DNA of 64,000 bases, from assembly GCA_964646855.1 (NCBI GenBank), contig CAZYHQ010000002.1, positions 9,127-73,126 of the forward strand, read 5' to 3'. How positions within the stretch are numbered: position 1 is the stretch's first letter; every line of letters starts with the position of its first letter. Under the pieces are notes generated by a model that did not search any database, had not been told where the DNA came from, and saw nothing but the letters and a program-made list of their open reading frames with translations. This stretch comes from an uncultured archaeon (GTDB taxonomy: Archaea > Aenigmatarchaeota > Aenigmatarchaeia > CG10238-14 > SCSR01). The position numbers were made by a program, and so were the translations under genes. Of the stretch, positions 24,562 to 32,677 are shown piece by piece.

Positions 24562-24846
24562 ATGCTCGACAAAAAAACTGTTTTGAAGGCTTTGGAGAGG
24601 GTGACAGATCCGGAGGTAAACGTTTCTATAACAGAAATGCAGTTGGTAGACAAAGTTGAAATCGACAAGGGAAATGTTTTTGTCGAATTCCATGTCACAA
24701 CCCCAGCCTGCCCTCCTGTTTTTGCAGTAAAGCTTGCAATGGATGTGAAGGACGCAGTTTCTAAACTTGAAGGAGTGAAAGCAGTAAAGCTGAAAGTCAC
24801 TGGCCACTACATGACAGATTTCATCAACAAAGAAGTAAACAAATAA
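24562..24846 (+). CDS. DUF59/MIP18 (SufT-like) Fe-S assembly domain protein
   Basis: 94 aa: VTDPEVNVSITEMQLV ... TTPACP, typical of the DUF59 family. Confidence 0.75.
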   Translation: MLDKKTVLKALERVTDPEVNVSITEMQLVDKVEIDKGNVFVEFHVTTPACPPVFAVKLAMDVKDAVSKLEGVKAVKLKVTGHYMTDFINKEVNK

Positions 24847-25116
24847 TTATTTTATCTCAAACTTATCGTAATCACCACGAACTTTTTCCTCTTTCAATTC
24901 GATTTTGTCAACTCTTGACATTTCTGGTCCTTGCTTGCAAAATTCAACAATTTGGTTCACTTCTGCATCATTTCCCTCTGCCAAAATTTCCACAGTCCCG
25001 TCAAAATTATTTTTTGCAAAGCCCCTTACCCCCAACCTGTCAGCAAGCTCCTTTGCGGAATAGCGGAAGAAAACTCCTTGGACCTTTCCGAAAACTTTTA
25101 TCCTTACTCTCTTCAT
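24847..25116 (-). CDS. acyP: Acylphosphatase
   Basis: 89 aa: VFGKVQGVFFRYSAKELADRLGVRGFAKNNFDGTVEI matches the acylphosphatase signature (V.G.VQGV.FR...G..G...N..DG.V). Confidence 0.9.
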   Translation of the reverse strand: MKRVRIKVFGKVQGVFFRYSAKELADRLGVRGFAKNNFDGTVEILAEGNDAEVNQIVEFCKQGPEMSRVDKIELKEEKVRGDYDKFEIK

Positions 25117-25153
25117 AATTCGTTACTGATGACCGAAAGCCTTAAATACTTAT

Positions 25154-25189
25154 ATATGAATTTAATTTCATATGAAATTAAATTCATAT
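25154..25189. promoter_or_regulatory. 36-bp perfect palindrome (putative ArsR-family operator)
   Basis: ATATGAATTTAATTTCAT|ATGAAATTAAATTCATAT was verified base by base. Its symmetry centre (25171/25172) coincides with the annotated ATG of the ArsR-family gene, in the divergent intergenic region shared with acyP. Confidence 0.6.
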
Positions 25190-25489
25190 GTTTTGTTTGT
25201 TAGGGCATTCGGGAGTCCCTTAAGATTGCAAATTCTTGAAGTGTTAAAGAAATCGCCTAAATCTGTAACGCAAATTTGTGATGAACTGGGAGTCGAACAA
25301 AGCAAGATTTCTCATAACTTAAGATGTCTTGTAGATTGCGGTTTTGTGAAAAACAAGAAGGAAGGTAGGAAGCGAGTTTATTCTTTAAATAAAGAAACGG
25401 TTTTCCCGTTGATGAAAATCATAGATAGACACATCGACAAATACAAAGACCATTTAGTTGCTTGTGGTGTGATAAAGGAGGTTGTATAA
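25172..25489 (+). CDS. ArsR/SmtB-family metalloregulator
   Basis: 105 aa: FGSPLRLQILEVLKKSPKSVTQICDELGVEQSKISHNLRCLVDCGFV (wHTH) with C-terminal Cys residues. It lies immediately upstream of merA. Confidence 0.85.
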   Translation: MKLNSYVLFVRAFGSPLRLQILEVLKKSPKSVTQICDELGVEQSKISHNLRCLVDCGFVKNKKEGRKRVYSLNKETVFPLMKIIDRHIDKYKDHLVACGVIKEVV

Positions 25490-25570
25490 ATGAAAACGAA
25501 AACATTGTGTGGCAATGAGGGAGAAGGCGGTTGTTCTCCATTCGTTCCAGATAATTTTAAAAAAATGTGA
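25490..25570 (+). CDS. Mini-ORF with Cys pair, in frame with merA across a TGA
   Basis: Absent from the ORF track (26 aa): MKTKTLCGNEGEGGCSPFVPDNFKKM. The strong SD AAGGAGGT ends 7 nt before the ATG. Its TGA stop (25568-70) is in the same frame as the merA ORF. Confidence 0.4.
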   Translation: MKTKTLCGNEGEGGCSPFVPDNFKKM

Positions 25571-25600
25571 GGTGAAAAAATTATACAAGAAAAATTTGAC

Positions 25601-27001
25601 TTGATAATTCTAGGACAAGGGTCAGCTGCTTTCGCCGCAGCGATAAAAGCAAATGATTTGGGAATAAAAACAGCTATGGTTGGAGGCAATGCAACTCCTG
25701 GCACAGTTATTGGTGGAACTTGTGTTAATGTCGGTTGCATGCCGAGCAAAAATCTGATCACAGTAGGAACTCTCTACTATCATGCTATGAACAATTCTTT
25801 TGAAGGCATTAAATACGAGAAAGGAAGGCTCAATTTCAAGAAAGTTATTGAACAAAAAGATAGGCTAGTAAAGAAATTCAGAAAAGAAAAATATGCTAAT
25901 GTTATAAAAAGCTTAGAGAATGTCACCCACTACGAAGGTAGAGGAAAGTTCGTTTCGAAAAACGAAGTAAAAGTTGGAAATAAAGTTTTGCTCGGAGGAA
26001 AATTTGTAATTGCAACGGGTGCGCGAGCACACATTTTACCGATAAAAGGAATTGAAAAGATTGGTTATCTGACGAACGAAGAAGCTTTGGATTTGAAAGA
26101 ATTACCGAAGTCCATGTGTGTGATCGGTGGGCGTGCGTTGGGTTTGGAATTCGCACAGATGTACGCACAATTCGGAACGAAAGTTACTGTTTTGCAGCGT
26201 AGTGAAAGAATATTACCAGAAGACGAACCGGAAATTTCTTTAGCACTTACACGATACCTCGAAGAAATAGGAATAAAAATTCATACCAACACTTCAATAA
26301 ATTTCGTTGCTAAGAAAAGTAAAAATAAGATAATCAACTTCACTACTGGCGGTCGGACGAAAGAAATTGTATGTGAACAACTTCTATTAGCTACTGGTAG
26401 AAAACCCAACACTGAATATCTTGACTTGGAAAAAGTTGCAGTGAAAACTAATGAGAAAGGTTTTATTCTGGTTAACAACGAAATGCAAACATCTACTTCG
26501 CATATTCGGGCTGCTGGAGATGTGATCGGCGAGCCTATGCTTGAAACCATAGCAGCAAAAGAAGGGGCTGTTGCCGTGGAAAACACATTCACCAAAAATA
26601 AAAAGAAAATTAATTTTACAGAAGTACCAAGTGCCGTTTTCACCTATCCTGAAGTCGCTCGCGTTGGACTGACGGATGCCGAGGCTGTCAAACAAGGCAT
26701 AAGATGTAATTGTGGAGTTCTGCCGTTAGAATTAGTTCCAAAAGCGCATGTTATCGGCGATACGAGAGGGCTAGTAAAAATCGTAGCCAACAATGATACA
26801 AAACAGATATTAGGTGTGCACATATTGGCTCCGCATGCCGCAGACTTGATACACGAGGGAGTACTTGCAGTTAAAAATAAACTCACCATTGATGATATAA
26901 TCGACACTGTTCACATTTTCCCCACATTATCGGAAGCTATTAAATTAGCTGCACAGTCATTCTACAAGGACGTAAGTAAATTAAGTTGTTGTATCGAGTG
27001 A
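25601..27001 (+). CDS. merA: Mercuric reductase core (no NmerA domain)
   Basis: Redox-active GGTCVNVGCMPSK, FAD and NAD(P) Rossmann motifs, and a C-terminal vicinal Cys pair (KDVSKLSCCIE) diagnostic of MerA. The start is uncertain: TTG 25601 truncates the KFDLIILGQGSAAF strand (see finding). Confidence 0.85.
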   Translation: MIILGQGSAAFAAAIKANDLGIKTAMVGGNATPGTVIGGTCVNVGCMPSKNLITVGTLYYHAMNNSFEGIKYEKGRLNFKKVIEQKDRLVKKFRKEKYANVIKSLENVTHYEGRGKFVSKNEVKVGNKVLLGGKFVIATGARAHILPIKGIEKIGYLTNEEALDLKELPKSMCVIGGRALGLEFAQMYAQFGTKVTVLQRSERILPEDEPEISLALTRYLEEIGIKIHTNTSINFVAKKSKNKIINFTTGGRTKEIVCEQLLLATGRKPNTEYLDLEKVAVKTNEKGFILVNNEMQTSTSHIRAAGDVIGEPMLETIAAKEGAVAVENTFTKNKKKINFTEVPSAVFTYPEVARVGLTDAEAVKQGIRCNCGVLPLELVPKAHVIGDTRGLVKIVANNDTKQILGVHILAPHAADLIHEGVLAVKNKLTIDDIIDTVHIFPTLSEAIKLAAQSFYKDVSKLSCCIE

Positions 27002-27006
27002 TATGA

Positions 27007-27165
27007 ATGGTAAAAAGAATAGCACATGAAGGGGTAAATTATTTTGCATGCAACATCTGCGATTTCAGATATGCAGATAAAAAAACCGCAGAGGAGTGCG
27101 AAAATTATTGCAGAACTCACAAGAGCTGTTCGATGGAAATCACGAAGCATGCCGTGAAGATTTAA
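27007..27165 (+). CDS. Small Cys-rich zinc-ribbon-like protein
   Basis: Absent from the ORF track (52 aa): MVKRIAHEGVNYFACNICDFRYADKKTAEECENYCRTHKSCSMEITKHAVKI (CxxC...CxxxC...C). It begins 6 nt after the merA stop. Confidence 0.5.
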   Translation: MVKRIAHEGVNYFACNICDFRYADKKTAEECENYCRTHKSCSMEITKHAVKI

Positions 27166-27197
27166 ATTGTAAATAGCGAATAAATAAAAGAGGCTGT

Positions 27198-27449
27198 TTG
27201 ATGACCAAAGTAACTGTGGTTTACACAAAGACATGCCAGTATTGTCCAATTGCTAAGACATTGTGGAAAAGTTTGCAGAAACAACTGAAATTCGATTACG
27301 AAGAGGTTGACGCGGTTTCTACCAAAGGCCAACAGCTGGTGGCAAAATTCGGCATAATGGCTGTGCCGACAACGATAATCAATGACGGCAAAGATGTCAT
27401 CGTAGGCGTGCCGTCAAAAGAAAAAGCGATTGCAGCTGTGAGCAAGTGA
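27198..27449 (+). CDS. Small thioredoxin/glutaredoxin-like protein (CQYC)
   Basis: 83 aa: VVYTKTCQYCPIAK ... MAVPTTIIND, a thioredoxin fold with cis-Pro. Confidence 0.8.
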   Translation: MMTKVTVVYTKTCQYCPIAKTLWKSLQKQLKFDYEEVDAVSTKGQQLVAKFGIMAVPTTIINDGKDVIVGVPSKEKAIAAVSK

Positions 27450-27453
27450 TGAA

Positions 27454-27585
27454 ATGGCGGAAGAAGTTAAACATGTCGGTGAAAAAACCCAGCTAATTTT
27501 CGAGTGTGCAGTCTGCAAAAAAATTTACAAGCAGCCTGGCATGTGTGCCGAGTGCCAATTAATTCTAAAGCCCAAGGGCGGTTGA
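27454..27585 (+). CDS. Small CxxC...CxxC zinc-ribbon protein
   Basis: Absent from the ORF track (43 aa): MAEEVKHVGEKTQLIFECAVCKKIYKQPGMCAECQLILKPKGG. Confidence 0.4.
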   Translation: MAEEVKHVGEKTQLIFECAVCKKIYKQPGMCAECQLILKPKGG

Positions 27586-27589
27586 TCGA

Positions 27590-28681
27590 TTGCAGCAATT
27601 GTTAGAGAAACCAAAAGACATAGAAGAAATTAGTAGCGAAACTGTTCAAACTACTGTTCAAATTCAGCCTGCAGAAGAAGAGAAAGATGTATACGACACA
27701 ATAATCGTAGGCGGCGCCGGAGCAGCACTGACAGCAGCAATTTACGCTGCACGACGTGCGATGAAGACTTTAGTCGTAATGAAGGGATTGGGAGGGCAAG
27801 CTGCTATGACTGACCAGATTGAAAATTATCCAGGTTTTCTTAATGTCGGTGGCCTGCCACTGATGCAGAGATTTTTGAAACAAGCAACAAAATCCGGCGC
27901 CGAAGTTCTTACAGGTTTGGAAGTAAAAGAAATTATAGAAGAGAAGGGAACCGACGGCAAGCCAGAATTTATTGTGAAAGCCGACTCGTCAGAGTACAGG
28001 GCGAAAACTGTAATACTTTCATTTGGAAAAACTCCGAGAAATTTGGATGTTCCTGGTGAGGACAAATTCGGGAACAAGGGAGTCTCCTACTGTGCCACCT
28101 GCGACTTGCCGTTGTTTGCGAATAAAACTGTTGCTGTTGTAGGCGGAGGAAATTCTGCTCTCGATGCCGCAACTTATGCGTCAAAAATTTGCAAAAAAGT
28201 CTACCTCATTCATAGGCGAGACGAATTTCGTGGGTTCGAATATTTGATTGAAAGGGCAAAGACTGATCCAAAAATCGAAATTCTGTACAGCAATGTTGTA
28301 AAAGAAATAAAAGGCGAAGTCAAGGTCCATTCGGTCGTTGTGCAAGATTTGAAAACAAATCAGACGAAAGAAATTTCTGTAGAGGGGGTTTTCGTCGAAG
28401 TTGGCTCTATCGCAAAAACGGACTTTATAAAAAGCTTGGTCAAGCTGGATAATATCGGACAGGTAATCATAAGCAGAAATTGTGAAACGTTTTATCCAGA
28501 CAAAGATGAAATCCGTCCCGGAATATTCGCTGCAGGCGACTTGACAACCACACCTTTCAAGCAGATTGTTGTTTCAGCCGGCGAAGGTTGCATTGCTGCC
28601 CTGCAGGCGTATAATTATCTACATGAACTACAACCTACTTTTGTTGCGGACTGGGTTGCAAAGAAACATGTCAAGAAATAA
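27590..28681 (+). CDS. trxB: Thioredoxin-disulfide reductase with acidic N-terminal extension
   Basis: 363 aa with GGAGAA FAD motif, redox CATCD, and GGGNSALD NADPH motif. TTG start, and an extension of about 35 aa (QPAEEEKDVYD) precedes the Rossmann fold. Confidence 0.9.
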   Translation: MQQLLEKPKDIEEISSETVQTTVQIQPAEEEKDVYDTIIVGGAGAALTAAIYAARRAMKTLVVMKGLGGQAAMTDQIENYPGFLNVGGLPLMQRFLKQATKSGAEVLTGLEVKEIIEEKGTDGKPEFIVKADSSEYRAKTVILSFGKTPRNLDVPGEDKFGNKGVSYCATCDLPLFANKTVAVVGGGNSALDAATYASKICKKVYLIHRRDEFRGFEYLIERAKTDPKIEILYSNVVKEIKGEVKVHSVVVQDLKTNQTKEISVEGVFVEVGSIAKTDFIKSLVKLDNIGQVIISRNCETFYPDKDEIRPGIFAAGDLTTTPFKQIVVSAGEGCIAALQAYNYLHELQPTFVADWVAKKHVKK

Positions 28682-28705
28682 ATCTGTAACGTCTATTATG
28701 TTTTT

Positions 28706-29866
28706 ATGTCATTGCGTGAAGATTCTCTAAAAATTCACAAAGATCTTCGAGGTAAAATTGAAATAAAAAACAAAATTTCTGTAAAAAATTTTGATGAATT
28801 GAAATTGATTTACACTCCAGGAGTCGCTGAGGTTAGCAAGGAAATTGCTGCAAACAAAGAAAAGGTTTACGAATATACTTCAAAATGGAATAGTGTTGCG
28901 ATAGTTACGGACGGTTCACGGGTTCTGGGTTTGGGAAACATCGGACCTGAAGCGGCCTTACCTGTTATGGAAGGCAAGTCGTTGCTGTTCAAAACTTTTG
29001 CAAATGTAGATGCTTTTCCCATTTGTCTGCGTACGCAAGACACCGAAGAAATCATCGCAACTGTAAAGAATATAGCACCAGTTTTCGGAGGCATAAACAT
29101 CGAAGACATAGATTCTCCAAAATCATTTGAAGTTGAAGAACGACTAGAAAACGAACTTGATATTCCAGTTTTTCAGGATGACCATTATGGAGTAGGTATT
29201 GTAACGTTGGCCGCATTGAGTAATGCTCTAAAGGTAGTCGGAAAAAAATTTTCTGACGTAAAAATTACTATAGCTGGCGCAGGTTCTGCAGGATTTGGTA
29301 TAGCTAGGATGTTAAAAACAACGAAAACAAGCATACTTGTTGTTGATTCAAAAGGAATAATTTCTGCTGGCAGAAAGGATTTGAACAAATATAAGCAGAG
29401 TTTGCTTGAATTCACAAATAAAGAAAATTTAGAGGGTACACTGAAAGATGCGATGAAAGACTCCGATGTTTTCATAGGTGTGTCGGCAGTTCCAAACCTG
29501 ACTGATGTGGGAATGATTAAGACAATGGCAGACGATTCTATTGTTTTCGCTCTTTCGAACCCCGACCCTGAAATTGATCCTGAAGAAGCGAAACGAGTTG
29601 CAAAGATTGTTGCCACAGGAAGATCCGATTATCCTAATCAGGTGAACAATGCACTAGTCTTTCCAGGTTTGTTTCGTGGAGTTTTAGACGCACATGTAAA
29701 AAAAATTACAGAGGAAATCAGACTAACCGTGGCAGATACTTTGACTAAGCTTGTAAATGAAAACGAACTTAACGAAGAAAACATAATACCAAAAATTTTT
29801 AATAAGAATGTTGTATTAAGTATTGCTGAAGCAGTTTCAAACGCTGTGAAAAGCAAAAAATGTTAA
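28706..29866 (+). CDS. NAD(P)-dependent malic enzyme (short form)
   Basis: 386 aa: IYTPGVA, DGSRVLGLGNIG, GAGSAG, typical of malate dehydrogenase (oxaloacetate-decarboxylating). Confidence 0.9.
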   Translation: MSLREDSLKIHKDLRGKIEIKNKISVKNFDELKLIYTPGVAEVSKEIAANKEKVYEYTSKWNSVAIVTDGSRVLGLGNIGPEAALPVMEGKSLLFKTFANVDAFPICLRTQDTEEIIATVKNIAPVFGGINIEDIDSPKSFEVEERLENELDIPVFQDDHYGVGIVTLAALSNALKVVGKKFSDVKITIAGAGSAGFGIARMLKTTKTSILVVDSKGIISAGRKDLNKYKQSLLEFTNKENLEGTLKDAMKDSDVFIGVSAVPNLTDVGMIKTMADDSIVFALSNPDPEIDPEEAKRVAKIVATGRSDYPNQVNNALVFPGLFRGVLDAHVKKITEEIRLTVADTLTKLVNENELNEENIIPKIFNKNVVLSIAEAVSNAVKSKKC

Positions 29867-29888
29867 AAAACAAAGAGTCGATTGAATT

Positions 29889-30653
29889 ATGTTGCTGAAA
29901 GGGAAAGTTGCAATAGTTACAGGTTCAACAAAAGGTAATGGAAAAGCAATTGCAGAGATTTTCTCCGAGCACGGCGCAAATGTCGTCATAACAGGTAGAA
30001 ATGAGCAAGAGATACAAAGCGTTACTGAAGGAATAAGAAAAAAGTACAAAACTAATCCACTGGGTTTACGAATAGACGTGTCTTCGATAAACGATGTCAA
30101 ACAACTTGTTAGAAAAGCAACAGACAAATTTAAAAAAATAGACATACTTGTGAACAACGCTGGCTATCCGATTGCGAACGAATTGTGGGATGTCGCATTC
30201 GAAAAGATTTCCGACGAAGACATAGAAAAAGTTTTTAATGTTGATACCTTGGGCACTTATCGTTGTTGTCGAGAAGTGTTGCCAATAATGGTAAAACAAA
30301 AGTCAGGAGTAATAATAAACATTTCATCAACCCCAGCTATTAGTGGTTATGACAAAGGTGCGCCTTACACTGTTGCAAAATCTGCAAATCTTGGAATAAC
30401 AAAACACATTGCAAAAGAATACGGCAAATATGGGATTCGTTGCAACACAATAGCTCCCGGCACTATTGCAACACAAAGAAACTGGGAAAGACTTTCAGAA
30501 AAAGAGAAGAAAGAACTTCTATCAACAATTCCATTAGGTAGACCTGGAAAGCCAGATGAAATTGCAGGAGTTGCATTAATGCTTGCTAGCGACTATACAT
30601 CGTTTGTCAATGGTCAGACAATTGTCGTTGATGGTGGAGAAGTTACATTGTAG
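29889..30653 (+). CDS. SDR-family oxidoreductase (FabG-like)
   Basis: 254 aa: TGSTKGNGKAIA, NNAG, catalytic YTVAKSA (YxxxK). Confidence 0.85.
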   Translation: MLLKGKVAIVTGSTKGNGKAIAEIFSEHGANVVITGRNEQEIQSVTEGIRKKYKTNPLGLRIDVSSINDVKQLVRKATDKFKKIDILVNNAGYPIANELWDVAFEKISDEDIEKVFNVDTLGTYRCCREVLPIMVKQKSGVIINISSTPAISGYDKGAPYTVAKSANLGITKHIAKEYGKYGIRCNTIAPGTIATQRNWERLSEKEKKELLSTIPLGRPGKPDEIAGVALMLASDYTSFVNGQTIVVDGGEVTL

Positions 30654-30685
30654 ATAGTTAATTTATATTAATTTCAAATAAAATT

Positions 30686-31837
30686 ATGGAAATAGAAAAA
30701 TTTGCGGATGAGTTCGGTCCTGAGCTTGTCCTTGAAGTTTACAATAAAAAAGTCGGCTTGAAAGGGATTTTAGTTATTGATAACACAGCGCTAGGTCCTG
30801 GCAAGGGAGGAATACGTATGACCCCTACTCTTGATGTGGAAGAAGTTTTTCGTCTGGCGAGAACAATGACTTGGAAAACTGCGCTTGCCGAATTGCCTTT
30901 TGGCGGAGCCAAGTCAGGAATAATTGCAGATGTAAAAAATATTTCTAAAGAAAAAAAGAAAGAACTGATCCAAAATTTTTCTCGGGAATTGAAAATTGTT
31001 TCACCAAAAAAATACGTAGCTGCACCAGATGTGAACACAGCAGAAGAAGAGATGCGATGGTATGTTGAAGCAAACGGAAACTGGAGATCTGCCACTGGCA
31101 AGCCAGCGAATTTGTGCATGAAACTTTTTGGTAAGTCCGGAGAGAAGTGCGGCATCCCTCACGAATACGGTTCGACTGGCTTTGGAGTTGCACATGCGAC
31201 TCTGGTTGCCGTAGAGCATTTGCGTTTAGAAGAAACTCTTACTGTAGCGATAGAAGGTTTCGGCAATGTCGGGAGTTTTGCTGCAAAATATTTGTCTGAT
31301 TTTGGCTTGAAAATTGTTGCGGTCAGCGACAGCAAAGGCTGCATTTATGTTCCTGAAGGAATCGATGTTAAACGTCTGCAGGAAATAAAAGAAAAAACAG
31401 GTTCTGTGATAAATTATACAGGTGGGAAATCCCTGCCGGCAAAAGAATTGTTCGGGTTGCCGGTTGACGTGGTCATACCCGCTGCGCTCCCAGATTCGAT
31501 AAACATGGACAATGTAAACAGAATTAAAGCAAAGATTGTTGTGGAGGCTGCCAACATTCCTGCAACTGTTGAGGTTGAAGACCGCCTAGATAAAAATGGA
31601 ATTTTAGTCATTCCGGATTTTGTTGCCAACTCAGGCGGGGTCATTTCTTCTTACGCGGAATACCGTGGATACAACCCGCACAGGATGTTCGAACTTGTCC
31701 AGAAAAAAATCAGAAAAAACACGAAACTGGTTTTGCAGCTAGCAAAAAAAGAAAATATTAAACCAAGAGACGCCGCATTATCAATAGCTCAAGACAGAGT
31801 AAAAAAGGCAATGGAAAAAAAGAAAATGGACTGGTGA
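30686..31837 (+). CDS. Glu/Leu/Phe/Val dehydrogenase family (glutamate dehydrogenase-like)
   Basis: 383 aa: GPGKGGIRM, PFGGAKSGI, GFGNVG nucleotide-binding motif. Confidence 0.85.
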   Translation: MEIEKFADEFGPELVLEVYNKKVGLKGILVIDNTALGPGKGGIRMTPTLDVEEVFRLARTMTWKTALAELPFGGAKSGIIADVKNISKEKKKELIQNFSRELKIVSPKKYVAAPDVNTAEEEMRWYVEANGNWRSATGKPANLCMKLFGKSGEKCGIPHEYGSTGFGVAHATLVAVEHLRLEETLTVAIEGFGNVGSFAAKYLSDFGLKIVAVSDSKGCIYVPEGIDVKRLQEIKEKTGSVINYTGGKSLPAKELFGLPVDVVIPAALPDSINMDNVNRIKAKIVVEAANIPATVEVEDRLDKNGILVIPDFVANSGGVISSYAEYRGYNPHRMFELVQKKIRKNTKLVLQLAKKENIKPRDAALSIAQDRVKKAMEKKKMDW

Positions 31838-31838
31838 C

Positions 31839-32648
31839 ATGGCTTCAAAAACTCGTAGTAGTTCGCGGACAAAAATCTTGATTGTTATTTTGGTTTTGTT
31901 AATTGGTAGCTCGTCGTATTTTCTTTACACATTCTCGCAAAAAATTACAGAGCAGAACAATATAATCCAAAATTTGGAAATGAGCTTAGCGAACAAAAGT
32001 CTGACTGTTGAAAATTTGCAGGAAGAAATTGATAAATTAAATCTTGACGCAAAAACAAAACAATCGCTGATAAGGTACCTGAGCGACAGATTGCAGTTAA
32101 GCGAAATAGAAGTCCAGGGACTGACTCCTGTCATAAAACGTTACTATGCAGCCGCAGTCAGAGAAGATGGAAGCGGATCAATAATACCATTTGAAATAAA
32201 ACTTCTCAAGGGCACAGGTGCAGTTTCTATCAACATAAAAAATGTTGCCCCGCTAACTGGCGTGCAGGATTCGATAAGAATCGCCGCAAAAGTTGCAGGC
32301 GATTTTACTAATGTTGACATGTCTAAAAAAGACATTGATGTTACTTTTATCAACGAAGGCGGTGGAATTGTTGTGGTTGACGGCCCATCAGCAGGCGCAG
32401 CGATGACTGTGGCAATCATTGCTGGTCTGGAAAACAAAACAATCAACACAAAAATTTTCATGACAGGAACAATTAATGAAGACGGCACATCGGGACCTGT
32501 TGGTGGAATACAGCAGAAAGCCGCAGCTGCAAGGGATTTTGGGGCGAATACTTTCCTTGTGCCGGAGGGCCAGAAATCCCAAGTTACTGGGATAGAAGTT
32601 GCAGAATATGGCAACATCGTATCTGCAGTTAGCTTGGTTTTGAAATAA
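31839..32648 (+). CDS. Membrane-anchored S16 (Lon C-terminal) serine protease domain protein
   Basis: 269 aa with a TM anchor and coiled coil. The Lon proteolytic domain has DGPSAGAAMTVAI (Ser) and GGIQQKAAAA (Lys). Confidence 0.8.
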   Translation: MASKTRSSSRTKILIVILVLLIGSSSYFLYTFSQKITEQNNIIQNLEMSLANKSLTVENLQEEIDKLNLDAKTKQSLIRYLSDRLQLSEIEVQGLTPVIKRYYAAAVREDGSGSIIPFEIKLLKGTGAVSINIKNVAPLTGVQDSIRIAAKVAGDFTNVDMSKKDIDVTFINEGGGIVVVDGPSAGAAMTVAIIAGLENKTINTKIFMTGTINEDGTSGPVGGIQQKAAAARDFGANTFLVPEGQKSQVTGIEVAEYGNIVSAVSLVLK

Positions 32649-32677
32649 ATTTATTACTTGCTTGTATAATGTAAATT

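Noticed and set aside
25568-25570. The idea that TGA is a sense codon genome-wide (an alternative genetic code)
   Set aside because: Many well-supported genes in the window terminate at TGA at the expected protein ends, for example merA itself, 17482..18150, 19432..19884 and 27198..27449. Any recoding at 25568 would have to be local.
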